In this document: positions 35,115 through 49,133 of the stretch, one piece after another
Numbering within the stretch: the stretch's first letter is position 1
How the letters are laid out: the number at the start of each line of letters is the position of its first letter
Source of the DNA: Lingula anatina
Lineage: Eukaryota > Animalia > Brachiopoda
NCBI GenBank assembly: GCA_051362555.1
Contig: CM120642.1
Location: forward strand, 17,608,001 to 17,672,000
Direction: 5' to 3'
DNA: 64,000 bases
Program-made: the position numbers and the translations under genes
The notes under the pieces: generated by a model
Seen by the model: only the letters and a program-made list of their open reading frames with translations
Database searches by the model: none
Told to the model about the DNA's origin: nothing

Positions 35115-37778
35115 TTACTTTTTTGAAATAACTCGATGTGGAGAATCGCCCTCCAGTATACGGTCCATGGTTCGGCAGGGGAGGAACCAGTTAAGAAAAA
35201 CGTATACCTGCAATTAAATTAACAGTACATTACAATATAGGTAACACACATTTCATGCAGATCCCTTGAATATTTTTACGGTTGACCAAAGTGTCAATGC
35301 AGGGTTCTACAGAAAATGCGAGGAAACCATTATATGGAATTTTAATTCATAAAGTTATAAAATCCTTGAATTTTCAGTGATCAAAATATTAAATAAGGAA
35401 TATCGCGTTGGTTCTGATGTCAACCTTTTTAAAGTTAAAATTTCATACGATACAAAACGACTATTTCTAAAAGGCAGCAGAAAAGTAATCAAACAACTCA
35501 ACGTGAAGCATCCAACCAAATATATTGACAACAAGTAACAACATACACGTCTAACCTTCCCAATATCCATGATTTTGTCTGTGCCTCCTATCAGATAGCG
35601 GCAACATGGCTGCCGTGAGAATAATCCATCCAGTACGGCCTCGTTGATCGGGGTAGTATCTTTTTTGGCGCCACACATTTCTTTGTTCTTTATAGAATTC
35701 GCCAAATACTGCTCAACGTACTCCTCTCTCGGATACACGGATTTTAACTCGCCTGTAATGGTGTCCCAATCAGCCCTCAAAGGAATATCTAATTTTTCCG
35801 GCTTTGTGAGTTTGAAAATTGAAGAATATTATATAAATAGTGAAAGGAGTCAAGTTGTCTTATATTTAGTTCTGATTTGTACAGGGTTACACATATTTCA
35901 TACTTTTGACCAAAACTTAAACCCTAGGCAATATTCATTCTTCGTACATATGGAGAAAGCATTGCTTAAAAACCTAATTATCTGAATAATTTTCCAAAAG
36001 TCAGTAGGCAATATTTGTTTAGAAATTATGCATTAACTGAGATTTTTTAGGAGTTTATCTGACGTAATTATCATAACGCAACATTATTCGATGCTTAATT
36101 TTTAAGTTGTAACTACTTACTGCACCTCCTTCAGTCGCCAGTGAAAAATTTGCAGGCTCAACGACGCTCACATGAACACCAAAACGCTTCATCTCGCGTC
36201 TCAAACTATCCGAGAGAGTTTCGAGGGCGAACTTGGACATACAGTATCCAGAGTTTAAGGCACGTGACGACAGACCTCTGACGCTGCTGATATTTACTAT
36301 TCTTCCTTAAAATAGAAGTTGATCGTTACAGTATCCCTTCTATAATGGGAGCTAAGTGCATGCTACATAAAATAAGAGGAAATACATTTTCCCGTTTGAA
36401 AATTAAATGTTGGACACGATCGAGATTAATTATAGTTTCCATTTTTATGATAAATATACTGGATGGTCATTTGTTTTGGGTTTTGACTCATCTTGTACCG
36501 TGTATCTTGGAAAGCATATAAAGCAGAAGCATGTTAATTATAAACTATAATTATATTCATTTTAATAAGATGTAATTAAATGTAACGTCAGTCGCGGCTA
36601 ATTATAGACTTACCCACCTCGTGAAATGCGGATTAACGGAAGGAACTTCTTACAAACGCGGACAACTCCATATGTGTTAATATCCATTGTTCTTTGTATC
36701 CACTCCATAGAAACGATCTCAACCGCTCCCCAGCAGCCAATGCCAGCGTTATTAACCACTCCCCATAACTCTGAAATATGCAATTTATGTATTTAGTTTT
36801 CAAAATCCCATAGACTATAGAATAGAGGTATAGCACAGGTTTGAGTAAATACAGTTCTCAATAATTAAATTAATCAAAAGACACCAGTATATTTCAGTAC
36901 ACATCTTGCATAGTTTATATATATATAAACTAAAACGCCATTGACATCAAATATGCCCGACGTTGAATGCAAGGTAATGTTAGCCTATACCTTTGCAGTT
37001 ATTTTTGATCATGCAAAAAACTTCATCTATCTGTTCATCGTTGGTCACATCTAGCTGCACCACGTGTAAGTTTGATGAACACGTGGTTCGGAGCGTTTCA
37101 GCTCCTTTCCCGGCGCTGTCTAAACACCCTGCGAAGACAATGACACCAAGACTATCCAGACACTTTGCCATTTCATGACCCAATCCTATAATGTTTACAA
37201 AAGTATTTTAAATTAAAAACTTTCGGATTTGGTAGTAGGCTATTGATCATTGTACAATCAAGGACAATCGACCCCGACTTTTAAAGCCGGTATATGCTGT
37301 ATTATCTATATAGTACATGTAGAACAATAACAATTCTACAAGTCACTCTTATTTTGGTTTCCCGTCAAACAGGGAGGGTCCAAGAAATAAAAGAAAGCAC
37401 GCAATAAAGGCTCATTATTTTTTTAATCATGTTTTTGGGAATGGGGTCGTGCCGTCCCGTTACTTATAGATTTTAACCACTCCAGCGTTATTATCGTGGA
37501 TCAGGCTATGTAAGTAAATACTGAGTTAGACTTCACCGCACATAACATAATATGCATTATTTACCCGTGTCACAGCCAGTTACCAAGACAACCCGCCCTG
37601 TGACTGGCATTCGATCCCGTTGCCGCATGCATTCAGTGAACAGCAAACATACTCCCCACATTGTAAGCCCGGTAGAAGTAGTTAGTGGTACCCAAGGTAA
37701 GTAGATCGTAAGCACTGTGAAAGCTACCCCCACTGAGAAGAAAATCATCCCAGCAGCTACTGTAGATGTCCAGAGCAT
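35115..37778 (-). CDS. Short-chain dehydrogenase/reductase (RDH/HSD17B6/BDH1-like), 361 aa; exons 37778-37565, 37185-36991, 36770-36618, 36305-36121, 35801-35556, 35207-35115
   Basis: N-terminal hydrophobic anchor, [29 protein letters not shown], catalytic YCMSK and VVEP. 1086 nt, phase-consistent. Confidence 0.92.
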
Positions 37779-38809
37779 TTCCAACCCTTATTCGGAATTT
37801 AAACAAATCGAATGCCACAAATGTGCCCGAGGCCAGTGAAACGCTTCCTTTTTTTAACCTGTGTGACGAAACTGACGGTCCGTACGTGAAGCAGAGTCTG
37901 CCCTTGATTTACTTAATTATAAAGGTCAAGCTAGCCTCAAATATGTCAGTCAAAATCTAGGGTGAGGCTTACAGCACCTGTACAAATGAATGGGGAACCG
38001 GACTCTCTATCATGGAGGACTCTCTGTCACGTCACACCGGTTTATACCAGCCTTAACGCTCTAGACAGTATACATTGGCTTGATAAGTAGGTTAAATTGT
38101 ATATATATAAATCGTTTAAAGGGAAGGTTGTTTCCCAATATAGCTTTTCCATTAAACCGCAATTTATGCAATTGGCTTTTTTTCTTGTGGTAGTGTGTAA
38201 TTGCCCGCAGTTTATGGGGAAATAAACTCAATTTGTGGTTGGAGAAACATCTAATGACTTCGTTGATCAATTTAATCTCGTTTGTTTTTTATAATCGTTT
38301 GTTTGTTTTTATAAGCCAAGAATTAACTACAGCTTTGGAAACGACTCACTCGCGCTGCTAGTTAATTACGCCGCGGGGTATTCAGGGCACAGACCGTGAT
38401 CACTATATACCGCCAATGGATTTTTAGGTTTTTAGAATTTAGGTTTTTCATGTGAGCGCAGCCTTTATATACATACCAATACACACAAGGCACTCCTGAT
38501 TCGCCTCCAATTTAGGGAACGTCGAACCTACAGTTGGACAACATTCACTGTGAAACTGCCATATTGTCACAAAACTATAATCTTACTATGCATAGCATTT
38601 ATTTTAATTTTAAAAATTTGCACCTTCGTCAAGGTTATCTAAATAATGCTATCATGGCACATGTGTGTTTTCTGTAATTACAGCCACCAACGAAAGGGAT
38701 TGTGTTTTCGCCAGCTAGGTAAAACAAGAAAACCTACAAGTCTTTTTTATTACTCTTCATCCATTTACAATCACCGTGCACTGTACTACGGATACATGGG
38801 AAGATCGAC

Positions 38810-39061
38810 TTATTACCTCCGCCAAGGAGGTTATGTTTTCACCCCTCTGTTTGTTTGTCTCTCTCTTGTCTTTCTGTCTGTCTGTCACCAACATTACTCA
38901 GAAAGTTATGGATCGATTTTGATGATTTTTGGTGGTGATCCGGATCAACAATCAGTCAATAGTCAATAATCAAAATATCGAAAATTTAGGGGTGAAAAGG
39001 CATTGGACAGAGACTTTGCTGCCTTGGCGGAGGTCTGCGCTCTCTGAGTGCTTTTATAGTT
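38810..39061 (+). mobile_element. Helentron-associated non-autonomous element (HINE/DINE-1-like)
   Basis: 5' ttacctccgccaagg, a (TCTG)-type microsatellite, the subterminal inverse ccttggcggagg and a 3' hairpin gcgctctctgagtgc. Absent from the paralogous site near 44850. Confidence 0.75.
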
Positions 39062-39400
39062 TTGCTTTAGTTTATTTAGACAATTTTAGTGGTAAGTGTC
39101 GGAGGTAACTGTTCGAATATTCTCCAAAGAAAAGGTTTCATGGAAGTGAAATGTCATCCACAATACAGTGCATCACTTGGGTAGGCACCAACCAGCTATT
39201 AATCATTATAATTATCTACTGATATCTTAATGACTTACTGATCCATTCTAATAGAAATAAGCTGTTCCTGTAATCCCCCACTGCTACATTTTGGGTTTAA
39301 AATATATGGAATAATATCTAGAATATAGTAAGTATTCCTTCAAGCTTTAAAAGACTATCCAGTTGGTTTGATAAGAAGCAAAATTAAGATGTTAAAATTA

Positions 39401-40141
39401 CTACTGGTATGAACCGTCTTTCAGATCTAGTCTGAACACATGCATCTTCAATTCAAAAAGCGGAAACAAATCGTCAAATGTAGAATGACGGATCTCTACA
39501 AAGCCACGTTTGTAATAATAGCGCATAACGTCATGTTGAACCTCCGATGTGGCCAGAATGACCTCCTCGTAGTTGTGCTCTTTGCAGAATTCCAAGGCGG
39601 TTTTGATCAAAGCGTCAGCCACGCCCATTCTTCTGTATTCCGGTTCCACCACTAACCTTTGCAGCACGGCGACAGACGCCTGACCCGCATCAGGAGAATT
39701 ATCTGTTGACGTTTTTTCCTGGATCCCGACCGCTGCGATGATTTTCTTATCGCTTTCAGCAACCCAACAACGTCGCCTCTCTTTTCCGTAAAATGCAAAC
39801 ATATTCCGTCCCGCGTCTGAGCATAATTTATCACTATAAAGGCCATAGTATAACCCATAGTATGTGTTCACAAGACATACGCAGACTGAAACAACAATGG
39901 CAATTGCTCCCGACATTGCAAAATCACCAAGATATTTGTAAAGCAAGGCGAAAACGGCGAATGCACCAGCGATCACAAGAGGTTGCCGTATCCCCTTTAG
40001 TGTGACTCCGGATATCATAGCCCTACTCATATTCCGGACTACCATTTCCCAAACATGTTCATTTTCAGTCTGGTCGTCCCTCAGGAGGCGGATAGTATAT
40101 TCCATCTTTGTTGTTCTTGTTGTTTTACCTGGTCTCTGCAT
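39401..40141 (-). CDS. NAT8/camello-like GNAT N-acetyltransferase, 246 aa
   Basis: Membrane hairpin, CWVAESDKKII, LQRLVVEPEYRRMGVADALI and YYYKRGF. Confidence 0.9.
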   Translation of the reverse strand: MQRPGKTTRTTKMEYTIRLLRDDQTENEHVWEMVVRNMSRAMISGVTLKGIRQPLVIAGAFAVFALLYKYLGDFAMSGAIAIVVSVCVCLVNTYYGLYYGLYSDKLCSDAGRNMFAFYGKERRRCWVAESDKKIIAAVGIQEKTSTDNSPDAGQASVAVLQRLVVEPEYRRMGVADALIKTALEFCKEHNYEEVILATSEVQHDVMRYYYKRGFVEIRHSTFDDLFPLFELKMHVFRLDLKDGSYQ

Positions 40142-40520
40142 TGCGGTCAGCTACCCGCGTTATTCTGAAAATAAATAGATCAGTGAATAAATAAACATCA
40201 GGCCCGGACCCAACAGAAGTCAAAAACATATCGGTTTGCAAAATGTTAGAAGGATATGCAGAATATCGAATCGCCTGAGTTAGTCTTCCTCAAGAGACAG
40301 TTTAGGTATATGCTCTTATAACTGGCTGACCAGATTAAGGCGACCATGTTGATAAACTTACTATACGTTAGAACCACACCCCGAAGCCGACGGAAAAAAG
40401 CCCGCTGAACTCTTGGCCAAATAAACTAAAACTCATGCGGACAAAATCCAAAATCCAACAGTGGTTCTCAAACAATGCATGGATTCCAACCCCCTGTGAA
40501 ATGTGAAAGCACCGTGCCTC

Positions 40521-40551
<31 letters not shown>

Positions 40552-42969
40552 CAATTTTTGCTGGTAAATGTACTAGTTGTTGCATTCAAGCAATATGTTG
40601 ATAATCTTAATCGGCAATGTTTAAAATACAATGTCAGAATTCAATTAAAATAGTTTTCTATTTCTATTAACAAAAATTCGTTTAAAAATTGAGGCTGTTT
40701 GCCTTTAGCTCCTTCGTACGGGTTTCGCTGCTACAGAAGTCGGATTAGTTCAGCAGCATGCTCTTATGTCGCTGCCATATCTTCAAGATGAGAGTTTATA
40801 AGTGCCATCATAAATCAGCTGTCTGTGCAGATATGAATCGTTCCCTTCTGAGTGTGATTACATATCCTTGGCGCACATAGAGCAAAAGGAATAGATAGGT
40901 GCAGCTTCGATGATATAGTCTATAAGGTATGACCGGAAAATACGTTTAGGAATGAGCATGCTATTCCAATTGCTAGTGTGAAATATTGGGGTTTTATGAA
41001 CTCTGATGTTCCAAAGTAATTCGCATTGGGTCCGTTTACTTCATATAACTCGGCAGACTGAATACAGAATACATTTATCTCTCCTGCTTCCGCTTAATGT
41101 GCTTTTAAGGCTTATAACTAACGTCATTTGCATGTTGCTCTATATCACCTTCTGTTTATTTTTGAAAGATTTGTCATTCAGTTTTTGCATATTTACATTC
41201 AGGATCCAAGCAATGTTTTTCATTTTCCATGAGTTGAATAAAGTGTCGCCTATACTCATATATTTGAGTAGTTTTTTATATTCGACTAGTTGACAAAAAG
41301 TTGTATCTCAGACCATTTTATCACGTGCATGATGCAAGTAGGCCAAATACGTATCCGTAATAGCTAAGTTACATTGTTGCATTGGAAAAAAGCAATGGAA
41401 AAATGACGATCCATATTTGTACAAAATAAATCAATGTTTTCTGACCATTATCTATTCACAGATCACATCTAAGACAGCCTGTCCTGTCACTAACTGTCAA
41501 ACTTGTAGCCCCAGGTATTTGGCGGATAGCGTACCCTAACGTACCGATAAGCCACGAACGAGTGTAGGAAAGCACTGGCTTAGGTTACAGCTGGGCTCTG
41601 TTTCCATGCCAACGCTGAAGTATGACAGGTTGCAATACTTGTTTACGTGTCACCTAGCGGTAGAACACAAATATCACGATAGATACAATGCGAGGCGCCG
41701 AGCTGTACGCAAGATATAATTGTAATGTGTTGTCGAGCCGAAGGCTATGTTGTATTTTCAAAAACTTGTTCTTACAAATTATTGACAATTCAGAGACAAA
41801 TTGCGCACATAGAATATTTGAGAGAGGTACGATAGTTTAATGAGCTAGTAGGAGCAAATATTTCTAACTGGAACAACAAATTGAGAGTATATCTTTTTCT
41901 TAAATACATTTTAAACCATTCTCTCATTATGGTTCCCATTTGAACAGGGAAGATCCAAGCAAGCAGGATAAGGCTATGATTTATTACAGCAATGTACACC
42001 AAACGCGTCTACATACAGACATGAACATGTACATGTTAGTGACAATAATTTACATAATGCGATTGTGTCATGTTTAAAATATTGCATCTAGCGGTGCTTG
42101 CTTTCATATACAGGTACCAGTAGGCCTATATGATTCCTGATTCCTGTGCTGCTATACCTTAGGTTGATATATTGAAAGATATACATGTAGGTGGCATTGA
42201 AAAGGTGAGGGTGATTATATCCAACTTATCTCATTATTGAGCCGTGAGGATTTACACGTACCTTTCAAACATTTCCTATATGAGTCCTATACATGACTCT
42301 TAAAGTAATCCTATAGGACTTTTCAGGAATCTAGAGGTATGCTATCGGTCACCTATGGGAATCCTAACTAGGGTGTACATGAGCCTGTGTCCTAAGGACC
42401 TTGTAGGATTTTGGACCTATATCCTATACGGGTCCTAAAAGACACTTCAGGGTGGTCTAAAGGACCCTATTATTGGGCCAGTTTATTATATGACCGAATA
42501 GGAGGTTCCCGTAAGGAATATACATTGACTGTTCCCGGTACACTGTGCCTTTAGAAAATGTGTATACGCACATGTATATATCTGTAGTAAGGTGGGGATG
42601 GGTGCAGGTGTATAACACAAGTTTCTAGACATGTTAATAAAAGATTAACTTTAAATATTTACCAAAACATGTGTTGAAAAAATCCATTTGCTATGCACTT
42701 TTATCGAAGTAATAGTCATTATGCCAATGGATTGAGAAACAAATTGACCAATTAAAATGTCTTTATGTTAAAAGCAGACTTAATCAGAATACTGGGCTGT
42801 GTTAGATGTGACAAAAAACACACACACAAACACTCACACACACACCTGGACGTACGTTATACTTACATTCACTTACATTTTCCTGGCATTTCTTCTCAAA
42901 ACCAACTAAACGTTAAACAATCCTCATTGATCTACACATCTTCACTTAATCTTGCAGAATTCCCCGAAC

Positions 42970-43711
42970 ATGACAACGCCAGAACCAACCATGATGCAAC
43001 GCGAAAAGCAATTTTCGGTACGTCTGAAATGAGGATCCGAACGAGTGCAAGCTTGTATGGAAAATGGTAGTCCGTAATATAAGCAACAGCATAATTTGGG
43101 GAATTACACTGAAAGGAATACGGCATCCTCTGTTGAACGTTGGGGCCTTGATAGTTTTTGCCTTTGTTTACCAATATCTGGGTAATATTGTCGTGTCTGG
43201 AACAGTCGCCTCTGGAGCTTTAGTGTGTGTAAGCTATGTGAACGCCTACTACGGGTTAAACTGGAGACTATTTAATGAGAAATCATGTCCAGATTCAAGT
43301 CACAAAATGTACGCGTACTACAACAGCGGACAAAGGGGACGCCGTTTTTTGGTCGCCGAGCACGACGGGGTCATCATAGGTGCAACAGGTATCCAATAGC
43401 AACAGAAGGCGCCGATGGGTAAATCTAGAGAGGGGAGGTACACTGTGGCAGTGCTGAAGAGGATGGTTGTGGAGCCGGTATATAGAAGAAAGGGTGTGGC
43501 CAAAGCCCTGCTGGACACCGCCATCGAGTTTGCCAAGGAGCAAGGCTACGATGTGATGGTTTTATATACAATTGAGATACAGTTTGAAGCTATGTGCTTT
43601 TACTTGAAGCATGGGTTTGAGAAAAAAGGAGTAGCCCCGTGCGATACGGTGTTTCCCCTTCTAAGCTTCGATTTACACAGCTTGAGACTTGATCTGAACA
43701 AAATTGCATAA
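42970..43711 (+). pseudogene. NAT8-like pseudogene
   Basis: Aligns to 57272-58015. It has a 2-nt deletion near 43026 (early TGA) and a GAG>TAG nonsense change at 43397-43399. Confidence 0.88.
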
Positions 43712-45525
43712 TAACCGTTTCGATTACTATCGTCATTTGTTGGACGCTTATATTAGGTAGGGTGGTTGCAACATATACAGGGGCGGACCCAGGATTATTT
43801 GAAGGGGCGTCTGTAGATGCGAAGCCGACCCTCCCGTCCCCACCTTGGCGTGGGATTCGAAGCCCGCCGAAGGACTCCGAAAGTTTGTTGTATTTATAAG
43901 AGGGCGAACAGTGTCATTTGGTACGGTTCAGAACATTGGTTCAGCTAGTCAAAATTATAATTTCAAGAGGGGACCATTGGTGTTATTTTTTGCAGAAATC
44001 GACTGTTGCCACTGTTGTATACATATATGCTAATTACAAATACCCTTAATTTATACCAAAGACTAATATGGTTGGTTCTCGACCTTTTATTTATTATAAG
44101 GGAGATATATATTGCTTAAATAGTTTTTCTGCTTTCCACCATTTAGAGAAACATTTACCCGAACCGACGTCGACATATTTTACGTATCCACAAATTAATT
44201 ATCCCGTTTCGCTGGAAAGCCTCTAATTTGGTTAACGATGCACGTCTGACAGGTTCACACAGCTCACTGTGAAAATTGCCATATGGCCACAAAACTAATG
44301 TTGATACATGTATACACAGAATTCATTTATGATGGGTGGCAATTGTACATGCGTCAAGGTTATCAGAATATAAAATATCATCATGGCACCTGTATGTGCT
44401 TTTCGTAATTATCACAACTAAAACAACATAATTTGCCCGCTGGGCTTTGTATTTGGTGGCCATAATTGACCCTCGGACTAAGTAGTCCCCTTTTCTGAAT
44501 GGGCCCTAAGACTTATCTACATATCAATCCACACAAGGCACCCCTGTTTCACCTCCAAGTTAGGGAACGTCGAACGGACAGGTGGACACATTTCACTGTG
44601 AAACTGCCATATGGCCACAAAACTAATCTTACTATGCACAGCATTAATGTCAGTGTGGCGAATTTGGACACTCGTCAAGGTTATCTAAATGATGCTATTT
44701 GTGTTTTCTGTACCTGTAATTACAGCCACCAACGAAAGGGATCGTGTTTTCATCAACTACGTAAAACAAGAAAACCTTTGAGTCTTTTTATTACTCTGCA
44801 TCCCTTTACAATCACCGTACACTATATTGAGGGCGTGTGGAAAGATTGCCAAACGTCGCCTTTCTTTTGGCATAGTTTATTATTCTCGTATGTGCGCCAG
44901 GTAACTGTTCGAATATTCTCCTAAGAAAAGGCTAGGCACAAACCAGATGTTAGAAATGTACACTTGAAATGAAAAGATAATCCCGAGGAAACGGTAATCG
45001 TAACTCAGCGGCAAAGACTCTCAATTTGATATCAATTTAAAGAAACAATGTGTAAGTTACAACCTTTCGAGAATACGGCCCCAGGCACACACCGCATAAA
45101 ATAATAAAAATAATAATAACGATTGTAATTTGCAATTTAAATAGTCGTACTGTCCAATAATATCAATTGTTAAACACTTAATAAAATGAGATTAATTAAG
45201 TAGTCATTAAAATGTTCAGATGAAATTAAAGTTATAGAAATGGTATAAATACACTGAAAATCCGATAGTTCTCAATTTTGGTACAGTTTTTTTTATTGTC
45301 ACCCATTCATGCATCATTTAAAATCTGTTGAACTTTTGTTTAAATTCTAATTCATTCTAATCGAAATACACAGCTCCTGTAATCCCCTACTGATACATTT
45401 TTGTTAAAAAACATTTTAAGTTTGAAATACATGGTAAAATCCCTAGAATATAGTAAGTTTTTCCATAAGCTTTATGAGATTATTCATTTGGTTTGATAAG
45501 AAGAACAAGTAAGATGTAAAGATTA

Positions 45526-46260
45526 TTATGACCTGTCTTTCAGATCTAGTTTGAACAAATGCATCTTCAATCCAAAAAGCAGAAACAAATCGTCAAATGT
45601 AAAACAGCCGATCTCTACAAAGCCACGTTTAGAATAATAGCGCATAGCGTCATGTTGAACTTCCGATGTGTCTAGAATGACTTCCTCGTACTTTTGCTCT
45701 TTGCAGAATTCCACGGCGGTTTTGATCAAAGCGTCTGCCACGCCCATTCTTCTGTATTCCGGTTCCACCACTAACCTTTGAAGCACGGCGCCAGACGTCT
45801 GTCTCACCTCAAGAGAATTATCCGTTGACGTTTTTTCCTTGATTCCGACCGCTGCGATGATTTTCTTATCGCTTTCAGCAACCCAGCAACGACGTCTCTC
45901 TTTCACGTAGTATGCAAACATATTCTGTCCCGCATCTGGACATAATCTATCACTATAAAGACCATAGTATAACCCATAGTATGTGTTCACAAGACATAGG
46001 CAGATTGAAACAACAATGGCGATTGCTCCCGACATTGCAAAATCACCAAGATATTTGTAAAGCAAGGCGAAGACAGCAAATGCACCAGCAATCACAAAAG
46101 GTTGCCGTATTCCCTTTAGTGTGACTCCGGATATCATAGCCCTACTCATATTCCGGACAACCATTTCCCAAACATGTTCGATTTCAGTCTGGTCGTTCCT
46201 CAGGAGGCGTATAATATATTTCTCCTCTGTTGTTCTTGTTGTTGTGCCTGGTTTCTGCAT
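45526..46260 (-). CDS. NAT8/camello-like GNAT N-acetyltransferase, 244 aa (recent duplicate of 39401-40141)
   Basis: Intact ORF, closely similar to 39401-40141. Confidence 0.9.
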   Translation of the reverse strand: MQKPGTTTRTTEEKYIIRLLRNDQTEIEHVWEMVVRNMSRAMISGVTLKGIRQPFVIAGAFAVFALLYKYLGDFAMSGAIAIVVSICLCLVNTYYGLYYGLYSDRLCPDAGQNMFAYYVKERRRCWVAESDKKIIAAVGIKEKTSTDNSLEVRQTSGAVLQRLVVEPEYRRMGVADALIKTAVEFCKEQKYEEVILDTSEVQHDAMRYYSKRGFVEIGCFTFDDLFLLFGLKMHLFKLDLKDRS

Positions 46261-46633
46261 TGCGGTCAGCTGCCCGTGTAATTCTGAAAATAAATTGATC
46301 AGTGAATAAACAAGTTCAGGCCCGCACTTAACAGAAGTTAAGTCAAAAACATATCGGTTTGCAAATGTTACAAGAATATGCAGAATATGAAATCGCCTGC
46401 GTTTGTCTTTCTCACGAGGCGGTTCAAGTATATCCTCTTATACCTATCTGACCAGGTAAAGGCGATCATGTTGATAAAGTTACTATACGTGAGAACCACA
46501 CCCCAATGCTCGCTGAATAACTTGGCAAAATATTGACAAGGTAAACTATAACTCATGCGGACAAAATCCAACAGTAGTTCTTAAACCATGCATGCATGCC
46601 AACTCCCGGTGAAATGTGCAAGCACGTGCAGCC

Positions 46634-46687
<54 letters not shown>

Positions 46688-47904
46688 AGGCAAATGTACT
46701 GGTTGTAGAAATATGCTGATAACCTTAAGCGACAATGTTTTAAATACAATGTACGTATTCAATAAAAATAGTTTTCTATTTCTATTAACTTAAATTTGTT
46801 TAAAAATAGAGGTAGTTTCCCTTTAGTCCTTCGTACGGGTTTTGCAGAAGTCGGATTAAGTTCAGCAGCATGCTCTTATATCGCCGCCTTATCTTCAAGA
46901 TCAGAGTTTGTAAGTGCCATCATAAATCAGGTATCTGTGCAGATATGAATCGTTACCCGCTGAGTGTGGTTACATATCCTCGAAGCATATAGAGCAAAAG
47001 TATTACATAGGCACAGCTTCGATAATATAGTCCATTCGGCATGACTAGAGAATACGTTTAGGAATGAGCATGCTATTCCACTTGCAAGTGTAAAATATTG
47101 GGGTGTACTGAACTCCGGTGTTCCAAAGTAATTACTTTTGGGTCCGATTACTTCATATTACTCGCCAGACTGAATAAAGAATACATTTATCTCTCCTGCT
47201 ACCGCTCAATGCGCTTTTGAGGCTTATAATTAACGTCCTTTGCATGTCGCTCTATATCACCTTTTGTTTATTTTTTGAAAGATTTGTCATTCAATTTTTG
47301 AATATTTACATTTCAGGTTCCAAGCAATGTTTTTCATTTCCCATGAGTTGAAGAAAGTGGCGCCTATACTCATATATTTGAGTAGTTTTTTATATTCGAC
47401 GAGTTGACAAAAAGTTGTTTCTAATACCATTTTACCACGATACTAGTTGGCCAAATACATATCCGTTTAAACTAAGGTAACAATGATTGCTGCATTGGAA
47501 AGAAAGCAATGAAAATAATGACGATCCATATTCGTACAAAATAAATCAATGTTCTCTTACCATTACCTGTTCACAGATCATAACCAAGCCAGACTGACCT
47601 GTCACTAACTGTCAATCTTGTAACCCTATAGCGATCTGGCTCATTCCAGAAAAGCACACGCCCGGCGGATAACGTACCTTAACGTATCGATAATTAAGCC
47701 ACGAACGATAAAGGAAAGCGCTGGCCTAGTTTACAGTTGGGCTCTTCTTTCCAAGCCGACGCTGGAGCATGACAGGTTGCAATACTTGTTTCCGTGCCAC
47801 CTAGCGGTACAACACAAATATCACGATGTGATAGATACAATACGAGGCGCCGAGCTGCACGTGGTTTAAATGTTCGGTATAAAAATCGTACATATGACCA
47901 AATG

Positions 47905-48288
47905 GACAAGGTGGGGTGAATCCATTTCACTGAAGGAGGTATCGGATGTAGCGATTCCATTCCTTCCATGTGAAAAATGTCAGTTTGGGCGAGTCCATTG
48001 CAACTAAGGGGTGTCATATTGTGCAAGTTCATTCCATCAGAGATGGAAATTTGGAGGAGACTCCATTCTATTCAAGGCGGTGTCATTTGGGGCAAACCCA
48101 TACCGCTGGAGGCATGTTAGGTTGGGTGAGTCAATTCCATAGTGAGGGTGTGAGGTAAGACCATCCATTCCATTCGAGGAGTGTCAGGTGAGACGAGTTC
48201 AATCCATTCAAGAAGTGTCAGGAGGGAATACTCTATTTCAATACAGGGGGTTGCAGGTGGGATGAGTCCATTCCATTCAAGGGGGGTC
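47905..48288. repeat. Degenerate ~33-bp minisatellite
   Basis: Recurring unit resembling gagtccattccattcaagggggtgtcaggtggga. Absent from the paralogous duplicate at ~41710. Confidence 0.65.
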
Positions 48289-49133
48289 AATCCTATTATT
48301 GTAACAAAACATTTAAAATGACTTTCATTTTAAGCAGTTTGGACCATTGTACAGTTAAGGACAACCAAGTCCGACTTTAAAGACGTCGTTATTTGTTGTA
48401 TTATCAAAAACTTGTTCTAAGAAGTTATTGACAATTCAAATACAAATTGTGCACAAAGAATCTTTGAGAGAGGTACGATTATTAGGGACTACTAGGAGCA
48501 AAGATTTCTAACTGAAACAAAAGTTTGAGAGTATATCTTATTTTTAAAGACGTTTTTAAACCATTCTCTCGTTATGTAACCAATCAAACAGGGAAGATTC
48601 AAGCAAGCAGGATTAGGCTGTGATTAATTACAGTATGATAATAAAGAAAACGCGTTTACATAAGACTTGTACATGTAAGTGACAATAATGCACATAACGC
48701 GGGTATGTCATGTTTAAAATATTGCATCTAGCGGTACTTGCCTTCACATACAGTACCAGTATATAAGCAATTGTTACCGTCGGTCTGCCTGTTTGGTTAC
48801 TGTGCTGCTATACCCTGGGTTGATACATTGACAGACATACACGTAAGTGGCATTGCATGAAAAGGTGAGGGTGATTATGTCCAACTTACCTCATTATTGA
48901 GCCGTGAGGATTTACATGTACGTTTGATACAACCGTAGATCTGCATCATGAGAGACCCACTTTCTCAATCTTTCTCCGTTTACCTGGCCAAGAACACAAA
49001 TCAAACATTCCCTATATTAGCCATTTCAAACTCAAAGTGACTCCTAAAGAAATCCTACAAGACTCTTCGGGAATCTAAAGGTATGCTATCGGTCTCCTAT
49101 GGGGTTCCTAACTAGGGTGTATCATGAGTCTTT

